64,000 nt of DNA from Hormiphora californensis. Taxonomy: Eukaryota; Animalia; Ctenophora. The notes below the pieces were generated by a model. It had not been told where the DNA came from. It was given only the letters and a program-made list of their open reading frames with translations, and ran no database searches. Shown piece by piece: positions 19,724 through 32,249 of the stretch; the first letter of the stretch is position 1; each line of letters opens with the position of its first letter. The stretch spans positions 1,922,001 to 1,986,000 of the forward strand of contig CM035351.1 of NCBI GenBank assembly GCA_020137815.1, read 5' to 3'. A program made the position numbers and the translations under genes.

Positions 19724-21065
19724 TAAGCCTGTCAAAACGTGTTTCAACCTTGAACTCACTAGAGGCAAGCCAATTCCGGTTGTACATCCTAGGTATAGGT
19801 CTCCTAAACATAAAAAACCAAAATGTCAGTCTCAATTATTTGGGGGAAGGTGTGTAATTAGCCCCTAATTGATTGGTAATTGAGCACAAGGGGAAAAAAG
19901 CTGTATCTACCCTTAGGAAAGGAGTAGAGACAAAATGAAGGGCACCAAAGTGTTCAGCGTCCTCGCATTAGTGGGGGTAGATGCCGGAATGAAGTCTCTA
20001 TCTCATCTGGTTAATTAGATAATTAGATAATTAGGTATGCGCATAGCCGTTTGCTGGCCATATGGCTATAGCCATGTTAGGAAAGGAGTAGAGACAAAAC
20101 CGAGGGCACTAAAATGATCAGCGTCCTCGAATTAGTGGGGGTAGGTGCTGAAATTAAATCTCTATCTCATCCGGTTAATTAGATAATTGGATAATTAGTT
20201 TTGCGAATAACCGTTTTTAGGCTATATGGCTATAGCCACTTAGGAATGGTTCAGAGACTTTTCATTGGTGCCATTTTGTAGGCAATGGCCAAGTTATGGG
20301 GGGTCGACGTCGGACTTTTAAGCTCTATCTTCAACCGTTTTGCCGTTATTTGGCTTTAAAGGTGCTCAAAATGAGCAAAAAACGGTAAAAAGCCCGATTT
20401 TTGCTCATTTTCAGCACCTTAAAAGCCAAATAACGGCAAAACGGTTGAAGATAGAGCTTAAAAGTCCGACGTCGACCCCCCATAACTTGGCCATTGCCTA
20501 CAAAATGGCACCAATGAAAAGTCTCTGAACCATTCCTAAGTGGCTATAGCCATATAGCCTAAAAACGGTTATTCGCAAAACTAATTATCCAATTATCTAA
20601 TTAACCGGATGAGATAGAGATTTAATTTCAGCACCTACCCCCACTAATTCGAGGACGCTGATCATTTTAGTGCCCTCGGTTTTGTCTCTACTCCTTTCCT
20701 AACATGGCTATAGCCATATGGCCAGCAAACGGCTATGCGCATACCTAATTATCCAATTATCTAATTAACCAGATGAGATAGAGAATTCATTCCGGCACCT
20801 ACCCCCACTAATGCGAGGACGCTGAACACTTTGGTGCCCTTAATTTTGTCTCTACTCCTTTCCTAAGGGTAGATACAGCTTTTTTCCCCTTGTGCTCAAT
20901 TACCAATCAATTAGGGGCTAATTACACACCTTCCCCCAAATAATTGAGACTGACATTTTGGTTTTTTATGTTCATGAGACTTATACCTAGGATGTACAAC
21001 CGGAATTGGCTTGCCTCTCGTGACTTCAAGGTTTGGCCAAAAATCGACACGTTTTGACAGGCTTA
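19724..21065. mobile_element. Giant foldback palindrome (~660-bp arms, ~8-nt loop)
   Basis: taagcctgtcaaaacgtgt .. acacgttttgacaggctta; centre gagcaaaaaacgg-taaaaagc-ccgatttttgctc near 20390; each arm has an internal ~165-bp direct repeat (ttaggaaaggagtagagacaaaa twice). Confidence 0.92.
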
Positions 21066-22441
21066 TATTATGAGTTTATACTATTCCCCTCATAGGAAGA
21101 CCTATTGAGAGATCGCTCACATATTTCAAAATTACGACAGTAGTGCGATGAATCTAATAATAGTCCTGGACTTGGAGGACTCAAAAACCCATTGTCATGC
21201 TCGGGCGCGGAGAGAGGGTCGAACAAGGGAACAAGACCCCTTATATGCATGAACCAAGTAGACCTTGTACGAACTTTTTTGTTCAGGGGTAGAAGTCTAT
21301 GAAAATATGAAGACTGTACTCATTAGACTACCTACCCCCTAGACTTGTTTTGTACTTACGGTTGTGGTTGAACTGGCATAATATTGTGATTGTCTGTCAC
21401 CAAACCCTGTAAAAGGACTTGATGTTAGGAGGAGATATAAACATGATAAATGGTTGGTTGAAACTGAAAACAATCGGAGAAATAAAACAAAAGTTGGTCG
21501 TATCTGGTGGTTACGTACCGAAAAACAGGGAGGAAGCACTTCCCATCTTGCAGTTGGTCTTGATAAAGCGTTGCCAAGGCCCTGATAAAAACGTAGAAAC
21601 GATGTCTGTTTTGCACGTGCAGCTGTCATCTCGTGTTATTGTTTTGATCTCCCAACAGCCGCCTCCCACCCTGGTACTTTACCAGCAAACCATAGTTCAT
21701 TTTCGTCTTGTCGTGTTATCTATTTCTTTGGAACATCCCTGAAAATAGAGGAACCCTGTTATTGCAACGATGTGTACGGTGATTGACTCTGATCTCTATA
21801 AATCGTATTTCTGATTCTCGGAGAATCTCAGAATCAGAGACAATCATCTCATTGCAATCACAATTGCATAACTAGATTTCAAATGCTGGCACCATGCCAG
21901 CCCAGAGATCTGTCATAGCAACAGTGCACTATGCCAATATACTCATTTAAACCATACATGGATAAGTGACATACCGCTGGACTAGAGCCAACTAGCTAGT
22001 ATTACTGTTGACAGCAGCAATCAACGATTGTTCATGGTACCCTCAATATTCAGCTGTCTCTGGGTTGCTAAGAGAATTCTATTTCCTGGCAAGTTATCAA
22101 CATTACCTGGTGTGATGTTCACGCCCCTTCTAAAACATCCATGCTGCAGCTAGAACACACCTCTTCTTTGACGTGAAAACCATGACAGTGCGTGACGTCA
22201 CGCACAGAACCGCGGTTCTCGTGACAGCTGCTAGAGAGAGGGAAGAGGTGGGTGGGGGAAAGAGGATGTTGCTAACAACTACTACTTTTTGTAGTAAGGC
22301 GGGATGCGCGCGCACCTGACTGCACTCCGCGGGGAGAGTCACGCGCCTCGCATTATCAGGTGATGCCAGCTGCTGCTCAGAGTCTCAGGGAGAGAGGATT
22401 ATACAAAGAGAGGCGTGGTTGTTTAAATAAACGAGTCAATA

Positions 22442-22755
22442 TCTATATTATAATTTGGAGATGAACGTCGAAGTGGTGGCCGTTCGTTCAGCGGTATCTA
22501 AGCGACAGTGCTCCTTCATAAAACACTCTATGTGCCCAAAGCTGTAAAGCTGTTACTCACAGTTTTGGAACTTCCAGTGGAAGTTTGTGATTATTTTCAA
22601 ACAACTTTTAACATGCCAGTCACCATGTTTACCAATTCAGTTGCCATGGCAACCGTGTTATTGACGTTGAAAGTGGCGAAATGAGCCACACGGCGAAGCC
22701 GGGTGGGTTATCAAAAGGCCCTTTATACTTGAGGCGCACCCAATGGGTGCGCTAG
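22442..22755 (+). mobile_element. Non-autonomous Helitron (314 bp)
   Basis: A|TCTATATTATAA 5' end; 3' hairpins (ccacacggcgaagccgggtgg; gcgcacccaatgggtgcgc) then CTAG|T; no TSD; homologous copies at 53240-53839. Confidence 0.85.
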
Positions 22756-22916
22756 TAAAATAATAATTTACATGCAAGAATAAAATTCTACACAGCTGGT
22801 GACTTTTCTGAGTTTTATGTACAGTGATCTAATGATTGTTCCCTTTCAATTAAAACGAAATTTAAACCTTCAACCAGTAGGTCCATTCAACTCCTACTCC
22901 TTCAATTCCTACTCCT

Positions 22917-23555
22917 TCAGACCTCCAGCTCCTTCCAGTCAGGAATTGCCCATTTGGAATCCAATCTAGCCGCCACGAATTCCTCAACCACTCCATACAC
23001 TATCTCCTCTCCCTTCTCGTTGAGATGTAACCCATCAGTAAAGGGCTGAACTCCCCCCTGAACAGCCTTGCCAAACTTAGCAAACAAATCACACGTCTGA
23101 CATCCTCTCTCCTTTGCAACTTTCAACACACACTCTGCGTACTGGGCAGTGACAGTATTGAGCCTAATCCTTTCCGGGCCGTACTTTACATCCAACATTT
23201 CCTCGTTTAGCGTGGGTGGTGTTAGCACAAGGATGTTGCCGGGTTGTATCCCCTCCGCAGTCAGCCTGCACACTATCCTCTCCAGGTTACACTTGAACTT
23301 GTCTAGTGGGACGTGCTGGGGGTGCCCTGGTAGTACAGCATCGTTACACCCAAACCATACTGTAGCCATATCGAAATGGTACATGGGCACATTGGGTAAG
23401 ATGGATTGAAGGGTGTCCACGGTCCAGGCCGTGTTGTAGCCACTCAGACCACGGTTCGTGGTGTCGAGCTGGCGCACAAAGGTCTCATTTAGTTTGGAGA
23501 TCCACTTCCCGTTCTGTGTCTGGGAGTCCCCAAGTAGCAGGAGTCTGCGATACAT
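22917..23555 (-). CDS. IAH1: Isoamyl acetate-hydrolysing esterase 1 homolog (SGNH/GDSL hydrolase), single coding exon
   Basis: LLLGDSQTQ (block I), NRGLSGYNT (II), FGCNDA (III), QHVPL, FTDGLHL (V). True ATG at 23555; the longer ORF in the track is (CT)n read-through. Confidence 0.92.
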   Translation of the reverse strand: MYRRLLLLGDSQTQNGKWISKLNETFVRQLDTTNRGLSGYNTAWTVDTLQSILPNVPMYHFDMATVWFGCNDAVLPGHPQHVPLDKFKCNLERIVCRLTAEGIQPGNILVLTPPTLNEEMLDVKYGPERIRLNTVTAQYAECVLKVAKERGCQTCDLFAKFGKAVQGGVQPFTDGLHLNEKGEEIVYGVVEEFVAARLDSKWAIPDWKELEV

Positions 23556-23598
23556 GAGGAGGATGCTCTGCAGATATTTAGAGTTAATGAGATAATGA

Positions 23599-23786
<188 letters not shown>

Positions 23787-24156
23787 GGAGAGATAGAGAA
23801 AATAGAGGAACAATGAAGTTGGAGAGCTCGAAATGCGTAGACATTATACACATCACAATATATGTTATGTAGACTGTTTTGTACAATCGAGGGAAGGATG
23901 GCCCAAAATCAAACTACAGATTGGCTTAAAAAGATAAAAGATTTTGATAATTAGTAAAGTCAATAATAAGTTAGTTAAAAGACACATGCATTGTACTGTG
24001 TAATGTGCAATGTGACGTGGGAATGTACACTCCACATGTCAAAGACCATTGTTCTCTCACTTTCCCATCATGTCAACTCCCTAATTTACTGATTACTCCT
24101 CTTCCTCCTCCTGGGTTCCATAGCCGCCAATCGTTTTGTCTGGTGCCTGAGGGCAA

Positions 24157-24308
24157 TGTCTCGTCCCCAAATCGCCTAACAACCTAATGGCCGGTACTGT
24201 CTCGTCCTCAAATCGCCTAACAACCTAATGGCCGGTACTGTCTCGTCCCCAAATCGCCTAACAACCTAATGGCCGGTACTGTCTCGACCCCAAACCACCT
24301 AACAACCT
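24157..24308. repeat. 41-bp tandem repeat, ~3.7 copies
   Basis: tgtctcgtccccaaatcgcctaacaacctaatggccggtac at 24157, 24198, 24239, 24280. Confidence 0.9.
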
Positions 24309-24409
24309 GTTATAAATGCCGTGGCACTGTCTCCACAAAACATCAGACAACCGATAAATGATGGCAGTGTCTCGACCCCATAATCAACGACCTAAAATAG
24401 GGCTCCAAA

Positions 24410-24751
24410 TCACCTGACAACCTCCATCCTCTCCTCCTCCTCCTCATCGCCGAGACCACTATCATCCTCCTCCTCTTCCTCTTCACTACTATCAGCCTCA
24501 ATATCTGCATCCTCCCTCATATTCTCCGCATCACATATAGCAACATTCATCTCGATATGCCTCATCCCCTCCTCCACCTGCTCTATACTCCGCTCAGCCT
24601 CTGCTACCCCTTCCAAAGCATCATTTGCTGCTCTCAGCTGGGGTAGGAAGGCCTCTAGTTTAGATATGAGGGGTGCGGCCGTGTCTATCTTGTAGGTCGG
24701 TGGACGTTCTGTCTCCGCTAGGAGTCTGATAACAGCCCTCTCCGCTGACAT
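24410..24751 (-). CDS. NOPCHAP1: NOP protein chaperone 1 / C12orf45 (DUF4598)-like
   Basis: LISKLEAFLPQLRAANDAL..SIEQVEEGMRHIEMNV followed by an acidic tail matches the family pattern (L.FLPQ...AN..L, IEM.V). Confidence 0.8.
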   Translation of the reverse strand: MSAERAVIRLLAETERPPTYKIDTAAPLISKLEAFLPQLRAANDALEGVAEAERSIEQVEEGMRHIEMNVAICDAENMREDADIEADSSEEEEEEDDSGLGDEEEEERMEVVR

Positions 24752-25239
24752 ACCGGCTAGTGTGACGGATAGGGTTACTACTGCAGGAAGGAGGGGTGAG
24801 GTCACACACAGAGAGAGGGGAGAGAGGGGGGGAGAGATAGGTCGCATAGAGAGTGGGAGAAAGATAGGTCTAACACAGAGACAGAGAGAGAGAAGGGGAG
24901 AGAGATAGTGTTACTGGTGATGAGAAATGAGAAAGTCAAAAGAGATAGGAAGCTTGTGTTACAGCAACAAGATAAGAGAGACCATGTCCATATATGTTGT
25001 AACGTTACAGGATATGTCAAATTACATTTCCTGAAACGTAGTACGGTACTCTTGAGGGGAATTTACTAAAGGGGACGTGGGACAGCGAAAAAAGAGGGAC
25101 ATTGGAGAAGGGAGGAAGGGTTCTATAGAATTCTAGGTTGATCTAGAACAGGGCCAGATTGAATAAGAAATGGAGAGAAGAAACATGAGAAAAGGACATC
25201 TGGTGTGGGGTAAAGAAAACACAACATGTGCGAGAAGAG

Positions 25240-25304
<65 letters not shown>

Positions 25305-26157
25305 TACAGACGTGAGTGTGTAAAACCGGAAGCACACACGTGGCTACCTTTCGTTGCATTTAGACAACACACTCACATACGAACAATTGTGACACAGGGT
25401 GCACAATACACACACACAATACAATTTGGTATTTGGGTACAATACGGATATTTCAGGGGGACTGTGGAGGATGTAGACAGTTACGCTTGAACTGTAACAA
25501 GGGGGGGTCAAGGTTTTTTTCTCACGGCTGGGACACTTGAGGGATTTCGGAAGCATGTAACACGCAGTTAAAACACACCGAGTTTATCTTGAAGAATGGT
25601 AAATATATTTCCGAGTTCTGGGGACAGTTTAAAATATAAAATCTTGCTGAAATTCATTTAATAAACTCATTGAAAGAAAAACGATTTATACAATAAAGAG
25701 ATAATAAATTCTGAAGGTCTCAGAGACAGGTTTCTCTCTATTGTGACCATACAATTATGGTAGTCCTTTGTCCTACCCCACGTACAAATAATATGGTGCC
25801 AAAAAGGACCGATATAGTATAATAATAGCACCGTGTTGTGTTATTGTTCTACAACTAGCAGCTACAGTCTGTTACCCAGTAACTAGCTAGAAGCTGGCAG
25901 CTAAAAGTCTGTTACCCAGTACTCAGTAGCTAGCTTGACGCTGGCACCCTGTTACCCGAGCCACCGGATACTTTTACTCAACGGATGATTTCACCGTTGA
26001 CGCATATGCAAGCACACGTAATATTCTGCTGCTAGGTGAGACTATAACAGATTACACACGGACAGAAAATGACCTAATTCCCTATTTCCCTACAAACAAT
26101 AGATCCTGCTGTATTGTGATAGATCACAGATATTCATCTGGTGATATCACTGAATGA

Positions 26158-26748
26158 TCAGTCCTCTACGTGAGGGGGCGAGGAGGGAGACCGTTGGTCG
26201 GGGGAGGGGTCCTCCAGAACATCCTCATATCTCGGAGGGAGCTGTGTTGTTTTAACTGTCAATTCATTGTAAGCAGGTGGAGGCGCATCCATGTCTGTAT
26301 CAGCTGAGGAACTTCTTCTTCTAACTTCCAGTTCGTGGTCCCTCTCTAGAGCTCGTAACCGGCGGGTTTGCCTGACATAACTAGTTAGCCTCCGTCTATA
26401 GAGATACAACCCAACCATTAGCACCACAGCCACCCCAACACCCACAAAAGACACCGCTAGGGTGATGCTCTCCTTGATTACTGGGGATGTTGTTGGTGGT
26501 TCTGGTTCCTTACAATTTAGTAGACAACAGGGTGTGTCACAGGGGCAGGTATATCCTATCTGGACACAAGGACCAAGATGTTCTCCATTCTCTACCCCCA
26601 TACACTCGCACTTGTCACAGGGTGTCTTGTAATAGTCCATGAAGGCGTCGATAGTTGTGCCATTGTAGTCCACACAAGTGGGAATATACTCAGCTTGGAG
26701 GTTGGAGGGAAGGGCAGTGAGGAGGAGAAGGAGGGCAACTGGAGACAT
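26158..26748 (-). CDS. Type I membrane protein: signal peptide, VWC-like Cys-rich module (DGCR2/IDD-like), TM helix, cytoplasmic PPAY and LPPRY motifs
   Basis: 196-aa intact ORF; signal MSPVALLLLLTALPSNLQA; CVD..PCDKCEC..C..CPCDTPCC..C; TM ITLAVSFVGVGVAVVLMVGLYLY followed by RRR; PY motifs. Confidence 0.8.
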   Translation of the reverse strand: MSPVALLLLLTALPSNLQAEYIPTCVDYNGTTIDAFMDYYKTPCDKCECMGVENGEHLGPCVQIGYTCPCDTPCCLLNCKEPEPPTTSPVIKESITLAVSFVGVGVAVVLMVGLYLYRRRLTSYVRQTRRLRALERDHELEVRRRSSSADTDMDAPPPAYNELTVKTTQLPPRYEDVLEDPSPDQRSPSSPPHVED

Positions 26749-27791
26749 CTACTGACATCTGTAGGGAGAGGGAGGAGGAGAGTTAGGTGTTTTTGTGGTT
26801 TTCACAGGGGGAGGTATACGGGGAATCAGTTGGGGAGAGATTATATGGAGAGATCTGATTCCCCGTATATTTTGTTATCCACCGAACAACAATTAAAACA
26901 AGTTTCATACCAGTTTGTAAGTAATAAGTGTATATAAGTAAAGTTTGTAAACAACTAAGTACACGCGAAAAAAAGAAACACACACAGTGTAGATTTAATC
27001 TCCCTCGATTCCACAAGAGAGAGAAACGGAGGTAAAGAGAGAGTGCAGTGGCGTCATGATTTAGAGAGAGAGAGAACTGGACCTTCGCCAAATTCGGTGA
27101 GCGAGGTAGTTAATAGATAATTGTCCAGGAAAGGGAGAAATGAAAAAGAAAACTAGGGGAAGAGAGGAATGAAAAAGAGAAATGAAAAAGAGAAATGAAA
27201 AAGAGAGCTAGAGAGAGAGAGGAAAAGAGAGGTGATCATGTGAGGATCTGACGCCACTACGCTCTCTACATAATCAACACATTAAACATGTCTATCGTTA
27301 ACTAGTCTCTGACACACACGTACGCAAAAAACCTAGGGTGAAAAACCTAGGGTGAAAAACGGGGTGCCACTGGGTGACTCATGCTATTGTAGGATTTCAA
27401 GAAAAAGGGTTTTTTAAGAAGTCACCCAATGACACGCAATAACTAAACCAATCTAAATGGGGTGAGACACCTATCGTCTGTATTTTTCTCACTCTCTCTC
27501 TCGTTTCTTCCTACATGCAAAACTGCAACTACAGATAGAAAAACTTCAAATAAGATATGAATCTCAGTGTCTCTTGAAAAAAGTATAAAACAAATCGACC
27601 ACACTCACAAACATACACACATAATATTGTAGTTCAGTAGCTTAACTTACTATCACCTACCACTTAACATCATCCACACAACAGACAGACAAGCACACAT
27701 TTTATGAATTAAAAACACATGCTCACATTTAATATTTAACACACATGCACACCACTCGGGCGGCACACACAGTGTATATCATAATTGTAAC

Positions 27792-30700
27792 CTATACTTC
27801 ATCTCTTGTAGCCATCTCTAGCGAGTCACCCCCGGCCCCAGGTGTGTCATATTGTCTCTCATTATCGCCCCGCAGGGTCAGACGGGTATATTGGTTACCA
27901 CCCTGCTTGAAGTCATCGGTAGCCAGGGGTGGGATGAAGGCGGGTGTGATGTCAGCATCACTCTCACTATCCTCCCCGTCCTCACAGCCACTGTCGAAGT
28001 TCCGGGGACCCATCAGGCTGAGGATGCAGGGTAGCAGGATGAGGGGGATGTTGACCGAGCAGAATGCGATACTCAGGAATATGAGGGCTATGTAGCTGCG
28101 AAGGAAGGGAATGGCGGTGAATGCAAGGGGGATGATCAGGAGGAACAGGGAGAATGCGGCACTGAAAATGGCAGGGAAGGTCTCAGCGAGGGTCTTCTTG
28201 GCTCTCTTTTTCCTGTCGTTAACAAGTCCAATAAAGCTGTGTATTACCAGAATGGAGTACTGGACCACCAGAGCAATGCCCAGGACCAGGGGGACCAGGG
28301 AGAATCCGTTGAAGTTGATACCCAACACCCAGAATGATCCAAACACCTGGAACACACCCACTACCATACACAGAGCAATGAGGAAGGCTGCGTTGAGGGA
28401 GCAGTGTAGGACAGTCACAGGGATGACAATACCCACCAGGATGCAGCCACACAACAGGGCAAAGTTCTGCCGGAGAGACTCGTAGAGACCCCAGAACCCG
28501 AATATGAACCCGTAGATGAAGGTCTCAAAGGTACTCGTACTTGTGTCATCCACAGTGGACCGGGCCGATGCAATGGCAGAGAGGATGTTATCATGGGTAG
28601 TGAGATCCTTCATGTAGACCGCAGTCCGGGTGGCCACCAGGACACTGCCCTCAGCAGCACAACTAACCGGGATATCGTTATCAGGGTCAATACAGCTCAG
28701 GGCAGGGAGGGAGAGGGACCCCATGGAGGGCAGCCACTCTCTCATCCTATCGTTAAACTCGCTCACCAACAGGGGCTCCTTGGGAAGGACGTATGGCAGG
28801 AACTGATCCTGAAGTGTGTCCATACCGTCCGGTCTGTAAAGAGAATCGTCAAGGAACGCACCACTTCCACTGGCACCACGCCGCTCAAAACTAGCCTTTG
28901 TGATAGCGTTCTCGACCCCCTGACTGATGTTAGAGAAGCCAGTGAGAGTGACCATGCCATCACTCAACCAATCCCAGGCTCTAGGGTGGGGGAACTTGAC
29001 GAGCCAGTCATTCTTTGCCAAATTATCGTATATCTCCATATTCCTTCTCTGGTTCTTAGCGTAGTTCCTGCTTCGGGTGACAACGTAGGATGAGAACATC
29101 TCGTACTCCTTCTCGTTCAGCTTAGCAAAGGAAGACTGGTAGGTACCAGGTTTAGCGACATCACTCATCATTAGACCATCACTCGTCAACTCAAGGGTGG
29201 CGTATGCAGAACACCCAAAGAAGACAATAAACACCCCGATGATAACGATTCGAACCACCTTGTTGAGGATCACAGGACCATACACGGAGGAAGCGAACTT
29301 GCTGAGGAGACTCTGTTTCGTGGAGGAGTGTTTGATGGTTGGATAGTTTTTAAACAGGTCCTTGGTCTGGTTGAGGAAGGTGTCTTTGGGGGGTTTACCG
29401 TCCTGTCTCTTGATCGGCACACAATCCATCCGGTTGTCCTGAGTCCTCTTACAGTTCCACACCATCGCAGGCATGAACATAAAGAGAAGGAGTAGGAAAG
29501 AAAGGAAGTTGATAGCCACCATCTGGATACAAATGCTTCTGAACCCGGGAATGGGCACGTACAAACCACACAGGAACCCACAGAGGAGAGTAGCAGTAAT
29601 AACAAAGGTGACATGTCCCGCGTACTCAATGATGTTTTCCATATTAGTCTCCACAGTTTGGTCCGTGTCAAGGCGACTGTTGAATGTGAACATGAGAATG
29701 TACACGTTACCCAGACACAGGATAAACCCTGCCAGTTGGACCAGGACAGAGAGGGAGATGGTGGGGAAGCCCATGAATCCCATGATACCCGTGGACCCCA
29801 CAACCGCCATACCAGACACAACGAACCCGAGGAACATGGTCAGGATGTTGGAGTTGATACACTTGTTGGAGAAGGAGCCCATGACAACGAAGGAGTAAAG
29901 GATCATGAGGGCTGCACCTAGGATCAGGAGGTGAAGTTCAGGGGAAGCAGCATCCACCGCCATATCCCCAGTAGACCTGTCCGTGTGGAGGTCAACCTTG
30001 ATCCCATCAAACCGCTCCCCCGCGTGGAAGCCAGTACCATTGGAGCCGTAGTGCAGAGATTTCAGGTACTGGATGGTGTTGTTTTCCCAGTCCAGAATGA
30101 GCTGGTTCAGTACAGCAGGATCGCTGATACCGTGCCGCTCCTTCATCTCAGCCTTCCAGAACGGACTGTCAGGGGGCTGAGCTACAACAGGATTCCGTAC
30201 GGAGGAGATACCCACCCACTTGTTAGGTTTAGGTCTCGTCCAGTATGGGCTTCCCGAGGTAAAGTTCACGGCCCACATCAGAACCAGCCCAAATCATACA
30301 AGCACCGGGGTTTCTCTTGTCCCAACAGACCCTTTTCCTAAGCACTTCTCAATGCCATAATCGGTGTTATTGACAGCCTCCAAACTCAGCTGCACGTGCT
30401 CAACCAGCTCGGCATCGTTAGCAAAGTCTTTGATGGACGGTCCTCCAGTGGTAACCGAACGCAACAAATGCCATCCAGGTGAACTTGCCAAGCATGAACC
30501 GTTCTTTAGCGGCCTTGTAGGCAGCGTCCTCAATACCCAAACTGGTCATATTATTCCTCATCTGGGTCTCAATAGTGTCGAGACAAGCATTAGCTTTGGC
30601 CATGTCGCTGGCCTTTTCTCGCATGAACAGGAGGGCTATGTTAGTTGAGGTTTTTTCTAAGGTCTTCATGGCATCTGGGTAGTCGACATTGCCCTCCTTG

Positions 30701-31334
30701 AAACAGTCCAAGACAGTGACCCTCATACACGGTGTCTTGTCGATACCCCAACCATCAGGCAGAGGTGTAATGGTCGGAATATCCTTATGTAGACACTTAC
30801 TCAACTCCACATATCCCCAACTTTGGTACGCCCCACGACGCACATAGGACAGAGGATCGGTCGGATCAGAGGTTTTGTAGATATCAGGGAGAATGGGCCT
30901 CTCGCAGAAGTCATCCTGGTCCGAATGTAATCATCTCATTATCTATCATCTTAGTCATCCGTATCGATTGAGGAGAGTCGAAGGCATAGAGATGTTTAAT
31001 CGTTTCCGCGATGCTCTCCAATCCCTGCTTCGTAATAACGTTTCCCTCCATCCCTCTTACTAAATGCAGACACGCCGAGACGGGGCAGGCTGCCAAAGTT
31101 CTCGATGTAAATGTTTTGTTCTCTCACAAACCGTGAGTTTTGTTCCATCCATACCGTATCCAGAGAATCGTCTATTTTAACCAGTGGAATACCGACGAAC
31201 GCTAACACGGCGATCAATACACCAATGATAAAGTAGACACCGGGGTGATCAGTTACTGATTTAGCATAGGTCTTGAACAGTTTAGCAGTGCCATGGTAGA
31301 TTTTCTTGCGAGCTTTTAACAAGAGGTAAGCCAT
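27792..31334 (-). CDS. Patched-family sterol-sensing-domain RND membrane protein, intronless; several +1 frameshifts in the 5' third
   Basis: Overlapping ORFs join: TM1 and W.E..SRF.RE (31334-31045), DGG/NVITKQGL, PCMRVTVLDCFKEG (cf. PTCH1 PCLIITPLDCFWEG), then an 828-aa ORF with SSD (PIPGFRSICIQ..FMPAM..NCKRTQDNRMDC) and a second TM bundle ending LLPCILSLMGP. No GT-AG introns at the joins. Confidence 0.88.
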
Positions 31335-32249
31335 CGTGTCGATACTAGTTCATCTGTTTTCTGTACAGGAATAGAAAACGAATTAGTTCAAGTATTAAAC
31401 GGAATTGTAGATTGTCAATCAAAAATGAGGCTAATAAACAAATATCCGATCAGCCAACTTTATAGAAGCATGAGGAACTAATTACTAAACAGAAAGATAG
31501 CATTAAACTACAGTTATAAGTAGATGCTCACGCGTGACGGGAGTAACCGGTCAAAATACTGTCTGCAAAGCCTCTGACTCATTAGAGAATGGTATTCTGA
31601 ACCATATGTTTGACTGCAATAACAAAAATGTAATGAGATCAGGGTCCTCAGCAAAAGGAAGGATGCCAGCTCTTACTCTACAGTCACGGAAATGATGAAA
31701 AGTCCTTGTCATGTGCTACAGAGGGGCTACAGAGCCTCCATATTTTCCAACTTGGAAAATATGTAAATGTATGTAAATGTAAATGTAATATAATCATTTA
31801 TATATACCACTTTATAGTGTAAAATAATGGAGCACGCACCAACAGCCTACGCTTGACATACTCGCTCACTTTCAAAAGTGGTACGGATACAAAACACGAG
31901 CTTAACAAAACACGAACATACAAACACGAACATAAACACGAACATACAAAACACGAACATACATGGAGGCTCAGCAGCCCTTCTGTAGCACATGACAAGG
32001 ACTTGCACCTTGCGGCGTACCAAAGTTTTAGCTTGGCAAATGCTACTGAGCACTGACCCTATTGGCAGCGCGAGTTTAGACTTTAGGCAGTGCTTTCCAA
32101 AGTTTTATGGAGTGAGAAATTTTGAGAAAAAAAAATGTAGAAGACACTTCCCACCGAGAGTGCTCAACAAAAGGAAGCGATTCAAATGGTTACGCCAAAC
32201 AAATGTTTCACTACCACGGAGAGCAGATCATCAGCTACAGAAATGTAGA

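Noticed and set aside
21600-21740. GCWEIKTITRDDSCTC resembling a cystine-knot C-terminus
   Set aside because: In-frame stops upstream and no signal peptide or remaining cysteine pattern; likely chance.
28111-30341. Plus-strand ORFs antisense to Patched (and similar ones antisense to ACSL, MSH6 and the GPCR)
   Set aside because: Shadow ORFs of real coding sequence.
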